Positions 55,401 to 64,000 of a stretch of DNA of 64,000 nucleotides are shown piece after piece; within the stretch, counting starts at the first letter, position 1, and every line of letters starts with the position of its first letter. Under the pieces are notes generated by a model that searched no databases, was not told where the DNA came from, and worked only from the letters and a program-made list of their open reading frames with translations. The DNA is from Eledone cirrhosa (Eukaryota), in contig OZ024758.1 of assembly GCA_964016885.1 (NCBI GenBank), forward strand, positions 37,324,001 through 37,388,000, read 5' to 3'. The translations under genes and the position numbers were made by a program.

Positions 55401-58400
55401 TTCATTTAAGTTCATGGTATTAGCTGTCAGAAGTAACTCCACTGTTGGTGAGAATTCATTTAAGTTCATGGTACTAGCTGTCAGAAGTAACTCCAATGTT
55501 GGTGAGAATTCATTTAAGTTCATGGTATTAGCTGTCAGAAGGAACTCCACTGTTGGTGAGAATTCATTTAAGTTCATGGTATTAGCTGTCAGAAGTAACT
55601 CCACTGTTGGTGAGAATTCATTTAAGTTCATGGTATTAGCTGTCAGAAGTAACTCCACTGTTGGTGAGAATTCATTTAAGTTCATGGTACTAGCTGTCAG
55701 AAGTAACTCCAATGTTGGTGAGAATTCATTTAAGTTCATGGTATTAGCTGTCAGAAGTAACTCCACTGTTGGTGAGAATTCATTTAAGTCATGGTATTAG
55801 CTGTCAGAAGTAACTCCAATGTTGGTGAGAATTCATTTAAGTTCATGGTATTAGCTGTCAGAAGTAACTCCAATGTTGGTGAGAATTCATTTAAGTTCAT
55901 GGTATTAGCTGTCAGAAGGAACTCCACTGTTGCTGAGAATTCATTTAAGTTCATGGTATTAGCTGTCAGAAGTAACTCCACTGTTGGTGAGAATTCATTT
56001 AAGTTCATGGTAATAGCTGTCAGAAGTACCCCAATGTTGGTGAGAATTCATTTAAGTTCATGGTATTAGCTGTCAGAAGTCACTCCAATGTTGGTGAGAA
56101 TTCATTTAAGTTCATGGTATTAGCTGTCAGAAGTAACTCCACTGTTGGTGAGAATTCATTTAAGTTCATGGTATTAGCTGTCAGAAGTAACTCCACTGTT
56201 GGTGAGAATTCATTTAAGTTCATGGTATTAGCTGTCAGAAGGAACTCCACTGTTGGTGAGAATTCATTTAAATTCATGGTACTAGCTGTCAGAAGTAACT
56301 CCACTGTTGGTGAGAATTCATTTAAGTTCATGGTATTAGTTTGTCAGAAGTAACTCCACTGTTGGTGAGAATTCATTTACGTCATGGTATTAGTTGTCAG
56401 AAGTAACTCCAATGTTGGTGAGAATTCATTTAAGCCATGGTACTAGCTGTCAGAAGTAACTCCAATGTTGGTGAGAATTCATTTAAGTTCATGGTATTAG
56501 CTGTCAGAACGAACTCCACTGTTGGTGAAAATTCATTTAAGTTCATGGTATTAGCTGTCAGAAGTAACTCCACTGTTGGTGAGAATTCATTTAAGTTCAT
56601 GGTACTAGCTGTCAGAAGTAACTCCAATGTTGGTGAGAATTCATTTAAGTTCATGGTATTAGCTGTCAGAAGTAACTCCACTGTTGGTGAGAGTTCATTT
56701 AAGTCATGGTATTAGCTGTCAGAAGTAACTCCAATGTTGGTGAGAATTCATTTAAGTTCATGGTATTAGCTGTCAGAAGTAACTCCACTGTTGGTGAGAA
56801 TTCATTTAAGTTCATGGTATTAGCTGTCAGAAGTAACTCCACTGTTGGTGAGAATTCATTTAAGTTCATGGTACTAGCTGTCAGAAGTAACTCGACTGTT
56901 GGTGAGAATTCATTTAAGTTCATGGTATTAGTTTGTCAGAAGTAACTCCACTGTTGGTGAGAATTCATTTAAGTCATGGTATTAGTTGTCAGAAGTAACT
57001 CCAATGTTGGTGAGAATTCATTTAAGTTCATGGTATTAGCTGTCAGAAGGAACTCCACTGTTGGTGAGAATTCATTTAAGTTCATGGTATTAGCTGTCAG
57101 AAGGAACTCCAATGTTGGTGAGAATTCATTTAAGTCATGGTACTAGCTGTCAGAAGTAACTCCAATGTTGGTGAGAATTCATTTAAGTCATGGTACTAGC
57201 TGTCAGAAGTAACTCCAATGTTGGTGAGAATTCATTGAAGTTCATGGTATTAGCTGTCAGAAGGAACTCCACTGTTGGTGAGAATTCATTTAAGTTCATG
57301 GTATTAGCTGTCAGAAGTAACTCCACTGTTGGTGAGAATTCATTTAAGTTCATGGTATTAGCTGACAGAAGTAACTCCACTGTTGGTGAGAATTCATTTA
57401 AGTTCATGGTACTAGCTGTCAGAAGTAACTCCAATGTTGGTGAGAATTCATTTAAGTTCATGGTATTAGCTGTCAGAAGTAACTCCACTGTTGGTGAGAA
57501 TTCATTTAAGTCATGGTATTAGATGTCAGAAGTAACTCCAATGTTGGTGAGAATTCATTTAAGTTCATGGTATTAGCTGTCAGAAGTAACTCCAATGTTG
57601 GTGAGAATTCATTTAAGTTCATGGTATTAGCTGTCAGAAGGAACTCCACTGTTGCTGAGAATTCATTTAAGTTCATGGTATTAGCTGTCAGAAGTAACTC
57701 CACTGTTGGTGAGAATTCATTTAAGTTCATGGTACTAGCTGTCAGAAGTAACTCCACTGTTGGTGAGAATTCATTTAAGTTCTTGGTATTAGCTGTCAGA
57801 AGTCACTCCAATGTTGGTGAGAATTCATTTAAGTTCATGGTATTAGCTGTCAGAAGTCACTCCACTGTTGGTGAGAATTCATTTAAGTTCATGGTACTAG
57901 CTGTCAGAAGTAACCCCAATGTTGGTGAGAATTCATTTAAGTTCATGGTATTAGCTGTCAGAAGTCACTCCAATGTTGGTGAGAATTCATTTAAGTTCAT
58001 GGTATTAGCTGTCAGAAGTAACTCCACTGTTGGTGAGAATTCATTTAAGTTCATGGTATTAGCTGTCAGAAGTAACTCCACTGTTGGTGAGAATTCATTT
58101 AAGTTCATGGTATTAGCTGTCAGAAGGAACTCCACTGTTGGTGAGAATTCATTTAAGTTCATGGTACTAGCTGTCAGAAGTAACTCCACTGTTGGTGAGA
58201 ATTCATTTAAGTTCATGGTATTAGTTTGTCAGAAGTAACTCCACTGTTGGTGAGAATTCATTTAAGTCATGGTATTAGTTGTCAGAAGTAACTCCAATGT
58301 TGATGAGAATTCATTTAAGTTCATGGTATTAGCTGTCAGAACGAACTCCACTGTTGGTGAAAATTCATTTAAGTTCATGGTATTAGCTGTCAGAAGTAAC

Positions 58401-61400
58401 TCCACTGTTGGTGAGAATTCATTTAAGTTCATGGTACTAGCTGTCAGAAGTAACTCCAATGTTGGTGAGAATTCATTTAAGTTCATGGTATTAGCTGTCA
58501 GAAGTAACTCCACTGTTGGTGAGAGTTCATTTAAGTCATGGTATTAGCTGTCAGAAGTAACTCCAATGTTGGTGAGAATTCATTTAAGTTCATGGTATTA
58601 GCTGTCAGAAGTAACTCCACTGTTGGTGAGAATTCATTTAAGTTCATGGTATTAGCTGTCAGAAGTAACTCCACTGTTGGTGAGAATTCATTTAAGTTCA
58701 TGGTACTAGCTGTCAGAAGTAACTCCACTGTTGGTGAGAATTCATTTAAGTTCATGGTATTAGTTTGTCAGAAGTAACTCCACTGTTGGTGAGAATTCAT
58801 TTAAGTCATGGTATTAGTTGTCAGAAGTAACTCCAATGTTGGTGAGAATTCATTTAAGTTCATGGTATTAGCTGTCAGAAGGAACTCCACTGTTGGTGAG
58901 AATTCATTTAAGTTCATGGTATTAGCTGTCAGAAGGAACTCCAATGTTGGTGAGAATTCATTTAAGTCATGGTACTAGCTGTCAGAAGTAACTCCACAGT
59001 TGGTGAGAATTCATTTAAGTTCATGGTATTAGCTGTCAGAAGGAACTCCACTGTTGGTGAGAATTCATTTAAGTTCATGGTACTAGCTGTCAGAAGGAAC
59101 TCCACTGTTGGTGAGAATTCATTTAAGTTCATGGTATTAGTTTGTCAGAAGTAACTCCACTGTTGGTGAGAATTCATTTAAGTCATGGTATTAGTTGTCA
59201 GAAGTAACTCCAATGTTGGTGATAATTCATTTAAGCCATGGTACTAGCTGTCAGAAGTAACTCCAATGTTGGTGAGAATTCATTTAATTTCATGGTATTA
59301 GCTGTCAGAACGAACTCCACTGTTGGTGAGAATTCATTTAAGTTCATGGTATTAGCTGTCAGAAGGAACTCCACTGTTGGTGAGAATTCATTTAAGTTCA
59401 TGGTATTAGCTGTCAGAAGGAACGCCACTGTTGGTGAGAATTCATTTAAGTTCATGGTATTAGCTGTCAGAAGTAACTCCACTGTTGGTGAGAATTCATT
59501 TAAGTTCATGGTACTAGCTGTCAGAAGTAACTCCAATGTTGGTGAGAATTCATTTAAGTTCATGGTATTAGCTGTCAGAAGGAACTCCACTGTTGGTGAG
59601 AATTCATTTAAGTTCATGGTATTAGCTGTCAGAAGTAACTCCACTGTTGGTGAGAATTCATTTAAGTTCATGGTATTAGCTGTCAGAAGTAACTCCACTG
59701 TTGGTGAGAATTCATTTAAGTTCATGGTACTAGCTGTCAGAAGTAACTCCAATGTTGGTGAGAATTCATTTAAGTTCATGGTATTAGCTGTCAGAAGTAA
59801 CTCCACTGTTGGTGAGAATTCATTTAAGTCATGGTATTAGCTGTCAGAAGTAACTCCAATGTTGGTGAGAATTCATTTAAGTTCATGGTATTAGCTGTCA
59901 GAAGTAACTCCAATGTTGGTGAGAATTCATTTAAGTTCATGGTATTAGCTGTCAGAAGGAACTCCACTGTTGCTGAGAATTCATTTAAGTTCATGGTATT
60001 AGCTGTCAGAAGTAACTCCACTGTTGGTGAGAATTCATTTAAGTTCATGGTAATAGCTGTCAGAAGTACCCCAATGTTGGTGAGAATTCATTTAAGTTCA
60101 TGGTATTAGCTGTCAGAAGTCACTCCAATGTTGGTGAGAATTCATTTAAGTTCATGGTATTAGCTGTCAGAAGTAACTCCACTGTTGGTGAGAATTCATT
60201 TAAGTTCATGGTATTAGCTGTCAGAAGTAACTCCACTGTTGGTGAGAATTCATTTAAGTTCATGGTATTAGCTGTCAGAAGGAACTCCACTGTTGGTGAG
60301 AATTCATTTAAATTCATGGTACTAGCTGTCAGAAGTAACTCCACTGTTGGTGAGAATTCATTTAAGTTCATGGTATTAGTTTGTCAGAAGTAACTCCACT
60401 GTTGGTGAGAATTCATTTACGTCATGGTATTAGTTGTCAGAAGTAACTCCAATGTTGGTGAGAATTCATTTAAGCCATGGTACTAGCTGTCAGAAGTAAC
60501 TCCAATGTTGGTGAGAATTCATTTAAGTTCATGGTATTAGCTGTCAGAACGAACTCCACTGTTGGTGAAAATTCATTTAAGTTCATGGTATTAGCTGTCA
60601 GAAGTAACTCCACTGTTGGTGAGAATTCATTTAAGTTCATGGTACTAGCTGTCAGAAGTAACTCCAATGTTGGTGAGAATTCATTTAAGTTCATGGTATT
60701 AGCTGTCAGAAGTAACTCCACTGTTGGTGAGAGTTCATTTAAGTCATGGTATTAGCTGTCAGAAGTAACTCCAATGTTGGTGAGAATTCATTTAAGTTCA
60801 TGGTATTAGCTGTCAGAAGTAACTCCACTGTTGGTGAGAATTCATTTAAGTTCATGGTATTAGCTGTCAGAAGTAACTCCACTGTTGGTGAGAATTCATT
60901 TAAGTTCATGGTACTAGCTGTCAGAAGTAACTCGACTGTTGGTGAGAATTCATTTAAGTTCATGGTATTAGTTTGTCAGAAGTAACTCCACTGTTGGTGA
61001 GAATTCATTTAAGTCATGGTATTAGTTGTCAGAAGTAACTCCAATGTTGGTGAGAATTCATTTAAGTTCATGGTATTAGCTGTCAGAAGGAACTCCACTG
61101 TTGGTGAGAATTCATTTAAGTTCATGGTATTAGCTGTCAGAAGGAACTCCAATGTTGGTGAGAATTCATTTAAGTCATGGTACTAGCTGTCAGAAGTAAC
61201 TCCAATGTTGGTGAGAATTCATTTAAGTCATGGTACTAGCTGTCAGAAGTAACTCCAATGTTGGTGAGAATTCATTGAAGTTCATGGTATTAGCTGTCAG
61301 AAGGAACTCCACTGTTGGTGAGAATTCATTTAAGTTCATGGTATTAGCTGTCAGAAGTAACTCCACTGTTGGTGAGAATTCATTTAAGTTCATGGTATTA

Positions 61401-61787
61401 GCTGACAGAAGTAACTCCACTGTTGGTGAGAATTCATTTAAGTTCATGGTACTAGCTGTCAGAAGTAACTCCAATGTTGGTGAGAATTCATTTAAGTTCA
61501 TGGTATTAGCTGTCAGAAGTAACTCCACTGTTGGTGAGAATTCATTTAAGTCATGGTATTAGATGTCAGAAGTAACTCCAATGTTGGTGAGAATTCATTT
61601 AAGTTCATGGTATTAGCTGTCAGAAGTAACTCCAATGTTGGTGAGAATTCATTTAAGTTCATGGTATTAGCTGTCAGAAGGAACTCCACTGTTGCTGAGA
61701 ATTCATTTAAGTTCATGGTATTAGCTGTCAGAAGTAACTCCACTGTTGGTGAGAATTCATTTAAGTTCATGGTACTAGCTGTCAGAA
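49495..61787. repeat. Three near-identical higher-order repeat copies, period 4040 bp (75 monomers)
   Basis: Private variants appear in triplicate: TCTTGG 49701/53741/57781, GATAATTC 51141/55181/59221, ATTCATTTAC 52331/56371/60411, CTCGACT 52851/56891/60931, TTCATTGAAG 53191/57231/61271. All ORF coordinates repeat at +4040. Confidence 0.95.
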
Positions 61788-64000
61788 ATAACTCCACTGT
61801 TGGTGAGAATTCATTTAAGTTCATGGTATTAGCTGTCAGAAGTCACTCCAATGTTGGTGAGAATTCATTTAAGTTCATGGTATTAGCTGTCAGAAGTAAC
61901 TCCACTGTTGGTGAGAATTCATTTAAGTTCATGGTATTAGCTGTCAGAAGTAACTCCACTGTTGGTGAGAATTCATTTAAGTTCATGGTATTAGCTGTCA
62001 GAAGGAACCCCACTGTTGGTGAGAATTCATTTAAGTTCATGGTACTAGCTGTCAGAAGTAACTCCACTGTTGGTGAGAATTCATTTAAGTTCATGGTATT
62101 AGTTTGTCAGAAGTAACTCCACTGTTGGTGAGAATTCATTTAAGTCATGGTATTAGTTGTCAGAAGTAACTCCAATGTTGGTGAGAATTCATTTAAGCCA
62201 TGGTACTAGCTGTCAGAAATAACTCCAATGTTGGTGAGAATTCATTTAAGTTCATGGTATTAGCTGTCAGAACGAACTCCACTGTTGGTGAGAATTCATT
62301 TAAGTTCATGGTATTAGCTGTCAGAAGTAACTCCACTGTTGGTGAGAATTCATTTAAGTTCATGGTATTAGCTGTCAGAAGTAACTCCACTGTTGGTGAG
62401 AATTCATTTAAGTTCATGGTACTAGCTGTCAGAAGTAACTCCACTGTTGGTGAGAATTCATTTAAGTTCATGGTATTAGTTTGTCAGAAGTAACTCCACT
62501 GTTGGTGAGAATTCATTTAAGTCATGGTATTAGTTGTCAGAAGTAACTCCAATGTTGGTGAGAATTCATTTAAGTTCATGGTATTAGCTGTCAGAAGGAA
62601 CTCCACTGTTGGTGAGAATTCATTTAAGTTCATGGTATTAGCTGTCAGAAGGAACTCCAATGTTGGTGAGAATTCATTTAAGTTCATGGTATTAGCTGTC
62701 AGAAGGAACTCCACTGTTGGTGAGAATTCATTTAAGTTCATGGTATTAGCTGTCAGAAGGAACTCCAATGTTGGTGAGAATTCATTTAAGTCATGGTACT
62801 AGCTGTCAGAAGTAACTCCAATGTTGGTGAGAATTCATTTAAGTCATGGTACTAGCTGTCAGAAGTAACTCCAATGTTGGTGAGAATTCATTTAAGTTCA
62901 TGGTATTAGCTGTCAGAAGGAACTCCACTGTTGGTGAGAATTCATTTAAGTTCATGGTATTAGCTGTCAGAAGTAACTCCACTGTTGGTGAGAATTCATT
63001 TAAGTTCATGGTATTAGCTGTCAGAAGTAACTCCACTGTTGGTGAGAATTCATTTAAGTTCATGGTACTAGCTGTCAGAAGTAACTCCAATGTTGGTGAG
63101 AATTCATTTAAGTTCATGGTATTAGCTGTCAGAAGTAACTCCACTGTTGGTGAGAATTCATTTAAGTCATGGTATTAGCTGTCAGAAGTAACTCCAATGT
63201 TGGTGAGAATTCATTTAAGTTCATGGTATTAGCTGTCAGAAGTAACTCCAATGTTGGTGAGAATTCATTTAAGTTCATGGTATTAGCTGTCAGAAGGAAC
63301 TCCACTGTTGCTGAGAATTCATTTAAGTTCATGGTATTAGCTGTCAGAAGTAACTCCACTGTTGGTGAGAATTCATTTAAGTTCATGGTACTAGCTGTCA
63401 GAAGTAACTCCACTGTTGGTGAGAATTCATTTAAGTTCATGGTATTAGCTGTCAGAAGTCACTCCAATGTTGGTGAGAATTCATTTAAGTTCATGGTATT
63501 AGCTGTCAGAAGTCACTCCACTGTTGGTGAGAATTCATTTAAGTTCATGGTACTAGCTGTCAGAAGTAACCCCAATGTTGGTGAGAATTCATTTAAGTTC
63601 ATGGTATTAGCTGTCAGAAGTCACTCCAATGTTGGTGAGAATTCATTTAAGTTCATGGTATTAGCTGTCAGAAGTAACTCCACTGTTGGTGAGAATTCAT
63701 TTAAGTTCATGGTATTAGCTGTCAGAAGTAACTCCACTGTTGGTGAGAATTCATTTAAGTTCATGGTATTAGCTGTCAGAAGGAACTCCACTGTTGGTGA
63801 GAATTCATTTAAGTTCATGGTACTAGCTGTCAGAAGTAACTCCACTGTTGGTGAGAATTCATTTAAGTTCATGGTATTAGTTTGTCAGAAGTAACTCCAC
63901 TGTTGGTGAGAATTCATTTAAGTCATGGTATTAGTTGTCAGAAGTAACTCCAATGTTGATGAGAATTCATTTAAGTTCATGGTATTAGCTGTCAGAACGA

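Larger units (their letters stand above)
1..64000. repeat. Tandem satellite DNA array of a 54-bp monomer (53/55/57-bp length variants), about 1,190 head-to-tail copies, running off both window ends
   Basis: Consensus AGTAACTCCA(C/A)TGTTGGTGAGAATTCATTTAAGTTCATGGTA(T/C)TAGCTGTCAGA is read directly and recurs every 53-54 bp throughout. Monomers differ by only a few bases. The ORF track shows an 18-aa periodicity on both strands. No non-repeat sequence was seen. Confidence 0.99.

Noticed and set aside
144-63894. Many ORFs on both strands (up to 398 aa) encoding (MVLAVRSNSTVGENSFKF)n and (MNLNEFSPTVELLLTANT)n
   Set aside because: They follow automatically from a 54-bp monomer with one stop-free frame per strand. 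Frames are broken every few hundred bp by recurrent 1-bp indels and stops, many variants change the amino acid, and there are no unique terminal domains. Not called as CDS.
1-64000. CRISPR array, or a repeat-spacer or variable-cassette system
   Set aside because: There are no unique spacers: the variable part differs by only a few recurrent substitutions. There is also no leader and no cas, recombinase or reverse transcriptase gene.
1-64000. Telomeric repeat, rDNA/5S/tRNA tandem array or CENP-B box
   Set aside because: No telomere-type short G-rich unit and no recognisable structural RNA are present. The consensus lacks the CpG-containing core of the CENP-B box.

Overview
The whole 64-kb window is one very homogeneous tandem satellite array. 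It holds roughly 1,190 copies of a 54-bp monomer (consensus AGTAACTCCACTGTTGGTGAGAATTCATTTAAGTTCATGGTATTAGCTGTCAGA; 37% GC, one EcoRI site, no CpG). I found no unique DNA, genes, RNA genes, transposons or CRISPR spacers. All ORFs in the track arise because the monomer length is a multiple of 3 and one frame on each strand has no stop. Diagnostic monomer variants show nested, irregular higher-order repeats (periods of about 1993, 4851, 3670/3616, 4800/4584, 2855/2801, 1940 and 4040 bp) and a change in variant repertoire at about 37-41 kb. The only break in orientation is an 86-bp inverted copy at 49233-49318. It forms a perfect 86-bp hairpin with the segment just upstream and looks like a template-switch event. 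The architecture suggests a eukaryotic centromeric or heterochromatic satellite, but I cannot name the family or organism. The sequence does not support a new gene-encoded biological system; the interest lies in the array's structure and evolution.
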